A DNA stretch of 64,000 nt from Chiloscyllium plagiosum (Eukaryota), in the NCBI RefSeq assembly GCF_004010195.1, contig NC_057715.1:106516824-106580823 (forward strand). Reading direction: 5' to 3'. Position 1 is the first letter of the stretch, and each line of letters begins with the position of its first letter. The translations under genes were made by a program, and so were the position numbers. The notes under the pieces are model-generated. The model had not been told where the DNA came from. It saw only the letters and a program-made list of their open reading frames with translations, and ran no database searches. Positions 24,731 to 36,245 of this stretch are shown here, piece by piece.

Positions 24731-26857
24731 TATTTGTTGGCCTGTGGAGCTCGTTTCCACAGAGATTTTTCCAGATTGTTCCATTGAACATATTTGGGCC
24801 TGTGTTTGGTAGATATTTTAACTGGCATGGAAAGGTAGGGTGGAGGGAGCAGACAGTAGAGATGACGAAATAAGGCTGCACTCAGATCACCATGGTCTTG
24901 TTAGGTCATGAAGGACAATGGGCTAAGAGGCCTACTCTTGCTTATAATTCTTGCATTCTTCCATTCTTGAACCAGAGTTCTCCAAAGTTCTCAACTATGA
25001 TCCATCTCATTTTCAAAGCCTCCGTCTCCTTCCTCACTATCCAGAAGGAGTTGGGGCCGGAAGAACTCCAGCTCAAAGTTGATGATCTGGAACCTGAGCT
25101 TCAAACACTGTGGCACATCGGGAGCGGGAGAGTTACCTGGACACTTTGTTTCAGGAGGCAGTCACATCTGGTCGATTAAGTAATTCAAATTCAGTTAGTG
25201 ACCAGGACAACAGGGTGTGATTATAAGTGAGGCAGGTAGGGGGATCCTGGGATCAGAGTGCAGGAACCTCAGTTTTTGACCTCATCCAACAGGTATGAGG
25301 TACTTCCACTTTGTGTGGGTAGGAAAAGGACTGCAGGATGAGCCAGCTGACCACAATACCATGTTGCAGAAGGCCATTCAAGAGGGGGAAGCAAAAAGAC
25401 AAGTGGTAGTTATACGGGATTCTATAATTAGGGTGACAGTTAGTATCCTTTGTGAGCCGGATCAGGAGTCCCGCATGGTGTGTTGCCTGCCCGGTGCCAG
25501 CATGCAGGACATCTCTGACCGGCTTGAAAGGATATTGGAGCAGGAAGGGGAGGGTCCAGTTGTTGTGATCCACATTGGGATTATCACCATAGGCAAGGAT
25601 AGGATGGAGGATCTGTTTGGGGATTATCAAGCACTAGGAATGAAATCAAGGAACAGGTGTTTGAGGGTCATAATCTCCAGATTACTGCCTGAGCCACGTG
25701 CATATTGGCTCAGGGATTAGAAAATTGGCAAAGTACACCCGTGGATAAGGGAATAGTGTGGGAAAGAGGGGTTCCATTTCATGGGGCACTGGCATCAGTT
25801 TTGGAACCAGGAGGATCTGTACCGATGGGATGGTCTTCACCTGAACCAATCTGGAACCAGTGTTCGAGTGAAAAGGATAAAGGGGGTGGTCACTAGGACT
25901 TTACACTAGTGAGTCAGGGAAATGCCAAGGGAAATGACAGGAAGTATGATGGCAAATAAAAAGGTAATCAGCGGGTTAGCATGTGTGCAGGAGGGTTTAA
26001 GTTCAAGGCAGACTATGAGAGAAGTAAAAAGGAAGGAATTGGCCATACTAAATTGCCCATACTGTTAGGTGCATTAGTCAGGGGTAAATAAGGAGAATGA
26101 GTCTGGGTAGATTACTCTTCGGAGGGTCAGTGTGGACTTGTTGGGCCAAAGGGCCTGTTTCCATACTGTAGGAAATCTAATCTAAAATAACTCTGGACAT
26201 ATTATTGGAGATGTTGGAAATCATGAGGGTAAGAAAGCTTGCATAAAGGCACTTTACCTGAATGCTTGTAGCATTCGCAACAAGGTAAATGAGTTAACAG
26301 CACAAATCATCAAAAATGGATATGATGTGGTAGCCATAACGAAGACATGGTTACAGGATGGTCACAACTGTGAATTAAATGCTCAGGAGTACCAGACTAT
26401 TCAGAAGGACAGACAGGAAGGCAAGGGAGGTGGTGTAGCTCTGATATTCAAGAACGACATCAGGGTGGCGCTGAGAGATGATATAGGTTCTATGGAGTAT
26501 AAGGTTGAATCTATTTGGGTGGAAATTAGAAATTCTAAGGGGAAGAAGTCACTGATAGGCGTAGTCTATAGGCCACTAAATAATAGCACCACATTGGGGT
26601 AGGCAACAAACAAAGAAATAACTAATGCCTGTAAAAATGGGACAGCAATTATCAATAGGAACGTTAATCTACACATTGATTGTTCAAACCAGCTTGGTCA
26701 GGTAACCATCAGGAGGAGTTCACTGAGTTTATCCATGATAGCTTTCTTGAATAGCATGTAATGGAACCGATGAGGCAACAAACTATCCTAGATCTGGTCC
26801 TGTGTAATGAGACAGGAATAATTAATAACCTCATAGTTAGGGATCCTCTTAGAAGGG

Positions 26858-26999
26858 AAAGTGAGGTCTGCAGATGCTGGAGATCAGAGCTGGAAACCTG
26901 AAGAAGGATTCCTGAAGAAGGGCTTATGCCCGAAACGTCGATTCTCCTGTTCCCTGGATGCTGCCTGACCTGCTGCGCTTTTCCAGCAACACATTTCCA
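26858..26999. mobile_element. 142-bp hammerhead mini-PLE (family A) with inverted arm
   Basis: 16-bp TSD GATCCTCTTAGAAGGG at 26842-26857 and 27000-27015. Confidence 0.92.
26908..26943 (+). ncRNA. Minimal hammerhead ribozyme, PLE family A (intact core)
   Basis: attc-CTGAAGA-A-GGGC(ttat)GCCC-GAAA-CG-TC-gatt. Confidence 0.8.
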
Positions 27000-28809
27000 G
27001 ATCCTCTTAGAAGGGGCGATCACAGTATGGTTGAATTTAGAACACAGATGGAGAGTGTGAAGGTAAAATCCACACCATGGTCCTGTGCTTAAATGAGGGA
27101 GACCACAATAGAATGAGGGCGGACTTGGCTAAACTAGACTAGAAACAAAGACTTTATGGTGGGACAGTTGACAAGCAGTGGAGGAGTTTCAAAGCAATTT
27201 TTCAAAGTACTCAGCAAAAATATATTCCAGTGAAAAGGAAGGAACGTAAGAAATGGGGAAATCTGCCTTGTGTGTCTAAGGAAATAAAGAAGACTATCAA
27301 ACTGAAAGAGAAGATATACAAAGTGGCCAGAAACAGCATGAAACATGGGAAAACTTTAAAGGTCAACAGAAAGCCACAAAAAAGAGCTATAAAGAAAAGT
27401 AAGATAGAACATGAGAAAAAACTAGCACAGAATATAAAGTTTCTAAAAATGTATAAAATGAAAAAGAGTGCCTAAAGTAAATGTTAGTCCTTTAGAAGAT
27501 GAGATGGGGCATTTAGTTATGGGTTATGAGGAAATGGTCAAGGCATTGAACAGGTATTTTGTATTGTTCTTCACAGTGAGGACACTAATAACATGCCAAT
27601 AAGTGACAAAGAGACGAAGGTAGGTGAGGATCTGGAAACAATCATTATTACGGAAGAGGTAGAGTTGAGCAGCTAATGGAGCTAAGGATAGAGAAGTCTC
27701 CTGGCCCTGATGGAATGCAACCCAGGGTACTAAAAGAGATAGCGAGAGAAATAGCAGGTGATAGTTGAAAGATGATTTGGAGTTGGAGACCATGCGTAGG
27801 GTCTCAAAATTTGTAGATGATATGAAGATGAGTGGCAGAGCAAAGTGTGCAGAGGACTGTTAAACTTTGCAGAGGGACATTGATATATTGAGTGAGTGGG
27901 CAAAGGTCTGATAGATGGAATACAATGTTAATAAATGTGAAGTCATACATTAATAAAAAGGATTATTACTTGAATGGTAAAAAGTTGCAGCATGCTGCTA
28001 TACAGAGGGTGTCCTTGTGCATGAATCACAGAAGGTTGGTCTGCAGGTACAACAAGTAATTAGGAAGGCAAATGGCATTTTGTCTTTCATTGCTAAAGGG
28101 ATTGAGTTTAAAAGCAGGGAGGTAATATTACAGCTGTACAGGGTGCTGGTGAGGCCAATCCTGGAGTACTGTGTGCAGAATTGGTCTCCTTACTTGAGAA
28201 AGAGTGTACTGACACTGGAGGAGGTGCAGAGGAGGTTCACTAAGTTGATCCCAGAGTTGAGAGGGTTGGTTTATGAGGAGAGACTGAGTAGACTGTGATT
28301 ATATTCATTGGAATTCAGAAGAATGAGGGGGATCTCATGGAAACATATAAAATTACGAAGGGAAAAGATAAGATGGAAGTAGAGAGGATGTTTCCACTGG
28401 CAGGTGAAGCTAGGACAAGAGGGCATAGCCTCAAGATTAGAGGAAGCAGATTTCGGACTGAATTGGGAAGGACTTCTTTACCCAGAGGGTTGTAAATCTA
28501 TGGAATTCCTTGCCTAGTGAAGTAGTTGATGCTACTTCAGTAAACGATTTTAAAGCTGAGGTGGATTTTTTTGAACAATAAAGGAATTAAGGGATACACT
28601 GAGAGCGTGGGTAAGTGGATCTGAGTCCGCGAAAAGATCAGCCATGATCTTATTGAGCGACAGAGCAGGCTCGAAGGGACGGATCCTAGTTCTTATGTTC
28701 TTATATCCTAAGATTCAATCCCATCATTCTATGAGGAGGTGTTTCTAATGCCATGAGTATGGTTTGATTTAGGAACAAAGTAAAAGTAGGAGGTTACTTA
28801 ACCTCTTAG

Positions 28810-29531
28810 TTGAAACTTTATTGCTGGAACAGCACAGCAGGTCAGGCAGCATCCAGGAAACTTCCATATCCGCCACAGATTCACCTGCACCTCCACCCAC
28901 ATCATCTACTGCATCCGCTGCAGCCGGTGTGGCCTCCTCTATATTGGGGAGACAGGCCGCCTACTTGCGGAGCGATTCAGAGAGCACCTCTGGGCCACCC
29001 GGACGAACCAACCCAACCACCCTGTAGCACAGCATTTCAACTCCCCCTCCCACTCCACCGAGGATATGCAGGTCATTGGACTCATCCACCGCCAAACCAC
29101 AACAACGCGACGGTCGGAGGAGGAGCGTCTTATCTTCCGACTGGGAACCCTCCAACCACAGGGGATGAACTTGGACTTCACCAGTTTCTTCATCCCCCCT
29201 CCCCCCACCTTGTCTCAGCCGAATCCCTCCAGCCCAGCACCGCCCTCCTGACCTGCAGTCTTCTTCTTGACCTCTCCGCCTCCATCCTACTCCGACCTAT
29301 CACCCTCACCTTGACCTCTTTCCACCTATCACATTTCCAACGCCCCTCCTCCAAGTCCCTCCTCCCTACCTTTTATCTTCTCCTGCTGAACACTCTCTGC
29401 TCATTCCTGAAGAAGGGCCTGTGCCCGAAACGTCGAATCTCCTATTCCCTGGATGCTGCCTGACCTGCTGTGCTGTTCCAGCAATAAAGTTTCAACTTTG
29501 ATCTCCAGCATCTGCAGACCTCACTTTCTCC
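28810..29531 (+). mobile_element. PLE family A (Neptune-like), 5'-truncated, with an open GIY-YIG frame at 28862-29251
   Basis: FTCTSTHIIYCIRCSRCGLLYIGETGRLLAERFREH...RLIFRLGTLQPQGMNLDF; inverted arm 28810-28857; 15-bp TSD TACTTAACCTCTTAG at 28795-28809 and 29532-29546. Confidence 0.93.
29403..29438 (+). ncRNA. Minimal hammerhead ribozyme, PLE family A (intact, perfect helix I)
   Basis: attc-CTGAAGA-A-GGGC(ctgt)GCCC-GAAA-CG-TC-gaat; predicted cleavage after the GUC ending at 29434. Confidence 0.85.
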
Positions 29532-29714
29532 TACTTAACCTCTTAGGTTTGATCCAGAATTCAGTCAAATCCCAGTCGATCTGTATCTTGACTCCAATTG
29601 CACTTGGTTTAGTATCTCATTACTACCTAATAGAAATCTAATTAAATCATCCCTGATGTTTTGTGTTGAACCCTGGCCTCAACAGCATTTTTAGGAAAGT
29701 GAGTTCCAATGTTC

Positions 29715-30525
29715 ACAGAAACTAGATCAATACAGCAGAGCAACAGGCCCTTCAGTCTATGATGTTGTGTAGAACATGACACTAAATCAAACTTCCGTCT
29801 GGTCTTGGTCGATGTCCCTCCATTCCTTGCTTATTCATGTGCTTATCTAAAAAGCCCTCATTGTATCTGCCTCCACCACTATTCCCTGGTAGCATGGGAT
29901 ACCTACCACTATCACTAATATCCTTACATACAGGTGGGAAAGACACCACTTTAACTGGGGCAACGCATCCATCCTAGGACAAGCCAAATTGAAACACGCA
30001 CAAGAATTCCAAGAAGCATGGCATTCCAACCAGAACTCTATCAACAAACACATTGATTTGGACCCCATCTATCACCCCCTGAGAAAATAAACAGGAAATG
30101 GCATCACTAACACAGGAAATGACATCACCAACCCAAAGAAACCTGAACACATAAATTGAAAGTGGGACATAACACCAGCGCTTCACCGGAGGCTCATTTA
30201 TGATGTTACCTATTGTGCTGACAAAACATCTGAAAACGAACCTTCCAGCTCAGCAAGCAAACTTACATCCAGGGATACCTACCACTCTCTTTGTAATAAA
30301 GTTGCCCGTCACATCTCCTTTGAACTTTCCCCCCTCACCTTAAATACATACCCCTTAGTATTAGATATTTCAATTCTGGAAAAAAGGATTCTGACTGCAA
30401 ACCCTGTCAAATGCATCTCATAATTTTATATATTTCAATCAAGTCTTCCCTCAGCCTCTGCCCCCTCCACCGAAAGCAACTCTAGTATTTCTAGCCTCTC
30501 CTTTTGGCTCATACCCTCTAATCCA
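29715..30525 (-). mobile_element. CR1 3' fragment interrupted by a PLE
   Basis: CR1 3' sequence on both sides of 29911-30271. Confidence 0.75.
29911..30271 (+). mobile_element. PLE family C-related 3' fragment with decayed ribozyme
   Basis: HHFNWGNASILGQAKLKHAQEFQEAWHSNQNSINKHIDLDPIYHPL; 15-bp TSD GGGATACCTACCACT at 29896-29910 and 30272-30286. Confidence 0.85.
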
Positions 30526-30714
30526 GAATTCTTCAAACTCTATCCTTTGTGTGAAGAAGTGTTTCCTGACAGCATCTGTCATTGGCCCAGCACTAATTTT
30601 AAAGCCATTGTATCTTTGTCCCAATTCCCTATCAAATAAAATATTCTGTCAACCCATGTAACTATCTTAATCAGCTCAACTGGATTCCTGCTTAAACCCA
30701 CAACCATAGAACTG

Positions 30715-31215
30715 CTATGGTGCAGGAGGATGTTAAAACCTGGAGAGAGTGCAAAGAAGATTTACTGAAGTGATACCAGGAATGCTGAGATTTAGGTACA
30801 AGGAAGGTTGGGAGAAATTGAGCTTTCTCCTTGGAACAGGGAAGATTAAGAAGTGACCTTACTGACATGTTCAACACTATAAGCAGTTTTGACAGGGAGA
30901 GAAGGATATTGTATTTCCATCAGCTGGTATGTCAGCAACTAGGCATTGCAATTTCATGATTGTCAGCAAGAGAGCTAGGAGTGAGATGAGGAGAAACTTC
31001 TGCACTCAGAGAATTGTTAGGATTTGGAATGCGTTGCCTGGGAGAGTGGTGGAGGTGGATTCAATACCAAGGTTCAACACAGGGCTGGAGATATATTTGA
31101 AAGTGATTAATTTAGAGGGCTACAGAGATAGGGCTGGAAAACGGGAAGCTGGGTAGCTCTTTTGGGAATTGGGCTGAATGGTCTCCTTCTGTACTGTAAA
31201 ATTCTGTGATTCTAT
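30715..31215 (+). mobile_element. Old CR1 3' fragment
   Basis: RRNFCTQRIVRIWNALPGRVVEVDSI and an attctgtgattct tail. Confidence 0.75.
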
Positions 31216-32497
31216 AATTCAGCCCATTGTGTTTGAATCAGAGAGAAGACAAGCCATTTCTTTGATCCCTGAACTCTTTTTGTCATATTGTTTCAATCTT
31301 GAGAATCTGCCCTGGACTTTCACCAGGATCCCAGTGACGAGGAGTGTTCAAATTTGAAAATGAATACTTTTTTATAAATTAATAAATAAATGCAACTAAT
31401 ATCTGAAGTGCTAACATTTTAGAACACTTTGCTTCACTTTACCTTTCAGTTAGGTGTTTGTTTTTAATGAGTGGGAATGCGATGGGCCAAAGAGCCTTTT
31501 CCTGTGCTGTAAATCTCTATGACGGTATGACCTTGCCCCACACCTTGAGGATGCTGGACAAACCAACAGACTCCGATATTTTCTGGAATTCTTCCCGCAC
31601 TGTTATTTAAGCTTCTTCAGACTCCATGGTGACTTTGGTCCGACCCTTTATCTCAATGAGCCTAAGGTACACAAAATACATTTCTTTTAGATGAGCAGAA
31701 GTTGAACATAGAAATTGAAAGTGTGCTTTATAAATGTCAGTCCTTCCTTTGCTTCTCTTTAACTGAGACATTTACTTGGTAAAGTTTATGCAATACAGAC
31801 CCTGCCAAAATGTACGATGTGTCCAAACATGTTTACAGTTAGGATATCAGATGCGAAACATTTGTTAGTGACTGATTGCTTGGCAATCTAGTTTAACATT
31901 GAGGGAATATGTTATAGTCAGAGATCATTATCTCTTCCACACATATGTATTCACTGGGAGCCCCGATGTGTTCACCAAGATTCCTCAGTTATTTAATTAG
32001 TAACCAAACAACTGAAAATTGTTATCTTTTTTGATGAAATGTTTGCTATATTTGCTCTGAAAGCAATGCATTGGATTTTATGGTACACCGTGTTTTTCCC
32101 TAACGTCCCCGCCTCAATTGAGAAGTCAGTGGAGAGGCACACACAGGATAGAGCTGGTTACTTCACACCTCCTACTTATCCTGAACCTCAATACCTTTAA
32201 GCACACTGATGGAGGAGTGCAGAATCCATGCTGATAATAACTAATCTCTTAAATAATAAGGCAGAGAATGTGAGCTCACTTCTCACTTCCCTGGATTAGT
32301 AAGTAGCAAATCTGAAATGAAAAGTTGGCAACAGTCAAAATGAAGATGTAGGCACATAGAAAGACCATTAACTTTAAGTTCCCGACCAAGTTACATAACA
32401 TCCCGATTCTGGCATATATCTCCAATTCTTCATTGGATCCAAGTTTCTAGAATTTCTGACTTGATAGCACCATAAGCATTTTTTCACTGTGAATCAC

Positions 32498-33142
32498 TGG
32501 GGCAGCAAGGTGGCTCAGTGGTTAGCACTACAGTCTCACAGCACCAGGGACCCAGGTTCAATTCCAGCCTTGTGTGACTGTCTGTGTGGAGTTTGCACAT
32601 GCTCCCCGTGTCTGTGTGGGCTTTGTCTGGGTGCTCTGGTTTGTTCCCACAGTCCAAAGATGTGCAGGTCAGGTAGATTGGCCATGCTAAATTGCCCATA
32701 GTATCAGGTGCATTAGTCAGAAGGGAATGGGTCTGGGTGGGGTTACTCTTCGGAGGGTCGGTGTTGGGCCAAATGGCCTGTTTCCATACTCGAGGAATCT
32801 AATCTAATAATATCAAAGGCTAGTTAATAGCACTGGTATCTCACAGTGTTAGGGACCCGAGTTCGATTCCAGCCTCGGGCAGCTGTCTGTGTGGGGTTTG
32901 TGCGTCCTCCCTGTGTCTGCGAGGGTTTCCTCCAGGTACTCTGGTTTCCTCCCATAATCCAAAGATGTTAGGTGGATTGGCCATGCTAAATTGCCCATAG
33001 TGTTCAGGGATGTGTAGGTTAGGTGCATTAGTCAGGGGTGAATATAGGGTAGGGAAATGGTCCTGGGTGGGTTACTCTTTGGAGGGTCGGTGTGACCTGT
33101 TGGGCCAAAGGGCCTGTTTCCACGCTGTAGGGATTCTATTCT
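32498..33142 (+). mobile_element. Two tandem HE1-like V-SINEs (32498-32805 and about 32820-33142)
   Basis: Two successive tRNA-head, V-domain, tail units. Confidence 0.88.
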
Positions 33143-33639
33143 ATACGTATCCTGCAACATGCGCCTTACCTCCTGACTTTCTAAAGCTTGTCCTCCATCT
33201 ATAAGGCACAAGTCAGTAGTGTGATGGAATATTCCCCAGTTGTTTGGGTGGGTGCAACTACAACAAATACAAAGCTTGACACCACCCAACTCAAAGCAGC
33301 TTGTTCTCACCAATACCACACCCAAAAACCTTCAATTCCTGTACCATTGACACTCTAGGTAGCAGCATCTATAAAATGCACTGCAGGAATTCACCAATGT
33401 TTTTCTACAGTAGTTTACAAATCCATTACCACTTCCAGTTAGAAGGGCGAGAGCAGCAAATACAAACAAATACCAACACATGCAAGTTCCCAATCACAAT
33501 TTACAATTTTATCATCATTCCTTTACTGTTGCTGGGTCAAAATCCTGGAACTTGCTCCTTAACAGAATTGTGGATGTACCTACAGTAAATGGACTGTAGT
33601 GGTTCAAGAAGGCAGCTCATCACTGCCTTCTCACCTGGG

Positions 33640-36245
33640 TAGCTGCAGAAAAGGAGGCTGTTGAGGAGGGTTTCTTTACTGAGTCAGTATGAGTGGAAGT
33701 CAGTCACAGGAAAGGGGTAGTTACTTTATTAGGTGTTCTCTATAGACCCCCCCAATAGCAGCAGAGAGATGGAAGAACAGATTGGATAGCAGATCTTGGA
33801 AAGGTGCAGATTCAACAGAGTTGTTGTTATGGATGACTTCAACTTCCCCAATATTGATTGCAACCACCTTAGTGTAGATGGTCTGGATGGAACTGATTTT
33901 GTCAGGTGTGTCCAGGAAGGATTCCTGACTCATATGTAGATAAGCCGATTAGGGGTGAGGCCATATTGGATGTAGTGCTAGGCCACATGCCAGGCCAGGC
34001 CAGGTGTCAGACCTCTCGGTGGGAGAGCATTTCGGTGACATTTACCATAACTGCCTCACCTTTACCATAGCCATGGAGAAGGGCAGTGTAGGAAGGTATT
34101 TAATTGGGGGAGGGGAATTTATACTGCTATGAGACAGGATCTGTGGAGTGTAAATTGGCAACAATTGTTCTACAGGAAATGCACAACAGAAATATAAAGG
34201 TTGTTTAAGGGGCACTTGTTGTGAGTGTTGGAAAACTTTGTTCCACTGACACAGGCAAGGAATGGTAAGGTGAAAGAACATTTGGATGACAAGAGAAGAG
34301 GAGCTTCTCATCAAGAGGAAGAACGAAGCTTACTGAAGGTTAAGGAAGCAAGGATCTGGCACAGCTTTAGAGGATTACAGGGGAGCTAGGAAACAACTCA
34401 AAAATGGTTGGAGGAGAGCGAGGAGAGGGCACGTAAAAGCCTTGACAGGAAGGATTAGAGAAAACCCAAAGGCGTTCTACACTTACGTGAGGAATAACAG
34501 AATGATCAGAGAGAGGGTAGGGCTGATCAGGAATAGTGGAGAGAACTTGTGTCTGGAGTCTGAAGTGGTAAGGGAGGCCCTAAATTAGATTTTGCTTCAG
34601 TATTCATGAGAGAGAGAAGGACCTTGTTGATACTGAGAAATCATGGACCAGGTTAATAGGCTTCAGCAGATTGATAATAAGAAAGAGGATGTGCTAGAAA
34701 TCTGGGGAAGCATCAAGATAGATAAGTCCCCAGGGCCGGACCAGATATATCCAAGGTTACTACGGGAAGCAAGGAATGAGATTTCCGTGCCTCTGTAAAT
34801 GATCTTTGAATCCTCACTCTCCATGGGAACAGTACCAGATGATTGGAGGGAGGCGAATGTTGTTCCTCTATTCAAGGAAGGGAGTAGGGAAATCCTTAGG
34901 AATTACAGACCGGTCAGTCTGGGTGTATGGGTAAACAAGGTATTGGAAAGGATTCTGAGATATAGGATTTATGACTATTTGGAACAACCTAGTTTAATTA
35001 AAGATAGTCAGAATGGCTTTGTGAGGGACAGGACATGCTTCACAAGTCTTACTGAGTTTTTTGAGGGTGTGGCGAGACAAGTTGATGAAGGTCAAGCAGT
35101 GGATATGGTATATATGGATTTCAGTAAAGCATTTGATGTGATTCCCCATGGTAGGCTCATGTAGAAAGTTAGCAAGTATGGGATACAGGGAAATTTGGCT
35201 GTCTGGAAACAGAATTGGCTGGCCAAATGAAGATAGCGAGTGATAGTGGATGGAAAGTATTCTGACTGGAAGTTGGTGACCAGTGGTGCCCCGCAGGAAT
35301 CTGTTCTTAGGTTTTTGCTCTTTGTAGTTTTATAAATGACTTGGATGAAGAAGTGGAAGGGTGGGTTTGTATGTTTGCCAATGACACAAAGATTAGTGGT
35401 GTTGTAGATAGTGCTGCAGGCTACAACAAGATATTGACAAATGCTAAGCTGGAGTGAGAAGTGGCAGATAGAGTTCAACCTGGATAAATGCAAAGTGTTT
35501 CATTTTGTAAGGTTGAATTACAATGCTGAATACAGCGTTAAAGACAGGATTCTTGACAGTGTGGAGGAACAGAATTTTTGGTGTCCATGTAGATAGATAC
35601 CTCAATGTTGATAGAAGGTGTATGGTGTTTTGGGTTTCATTAACAGGGGGATTGAGTTTAAGAGCCGCGAGGTTTTGCTGCAGCTCTATGAAATCCTGGT
35701 TATACCACACTTCGAATATTGTGTCCAGTTCTAGTTGCCTCATGATAGGAAGGATGTAGATGCTTTATAGAGGGTGCAGAGGAGATTTACCAGGATGCTG
35801 CCTGGTTTGGAGGGCACATTTTATGAAGAGACGTTGAGTGAGCTGTGGCATTTCACATTGGAGAGTAGAAGGAAGAGAGGTAGCTTGGTAGAGGTATACA
35901 AGGTAATGAGAGGCATAGATCGTGTAGATAGCCAGAGACTTTTCCCCAAGGCAGAAATGGCTGTCATGAGGGATCATAATTTTTAGTTAATGGGAGGAAC
36001 ATTTGGGGAGATGTCAGAAGTAGGTTCTTTACGCAGAGATTGGTGGGTGCATGGAATGTACTGCCAATTGTTGTAGTAGAGCCAGAGACATTGGGGACAT
36101 TTAAACAACTACTGGACAAGCAGATGGAAGGCAATAAATTGAGGGGTGTGTAGGTTTGGTTCATTTTAGATTAAGATAAATGTTTAACACAACATCATGG
36201 GCTGAAGGGCCTATACTGTGCTGTAATATTCTATGTTTTGTGTTC
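33640..36245 (+). mobile_element. HER1/CR1 LINE, endonuclease C-terminus to 3' tail, degraded
   Basis: VPDDWREANVVPLFKEG...NYRPVSL...VDMVYMDFSKAFD; inserted in the tail of a CR1/L2-group fragment (33150-33640, resuming about 36245). Confidence 0.9.

Larger units (their letters stand above)
25060..28703 (+). mobile_element. Long degraded CR1 LINE: ORF1 (SGNH esterase-like), AP endonuclease and partly deleted RT
   Basis: RQVVVIRDSIIR...VCCLPGA...VVVIHIG (ORF1); YDVVAITKTWLQ...KGGGVAL...IGVVYRP (endonuclease); RT C-terminus 28017-28495; HE1 fragment nested at about 26037-26185. Confidence 0.88.

Noticed and set aside
28810-29463. 217-aa ORF as a novel gene
   Set aside because: Alternative frame of the PLE; the GIY-YIG frame is 28862-29251.
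32498-32575. tRNA genes at SINE heads (also 2094 and 15228)
   Set aside because: They continue into SINE bodies; tRNA-derived heads, not standalone tRNAs.
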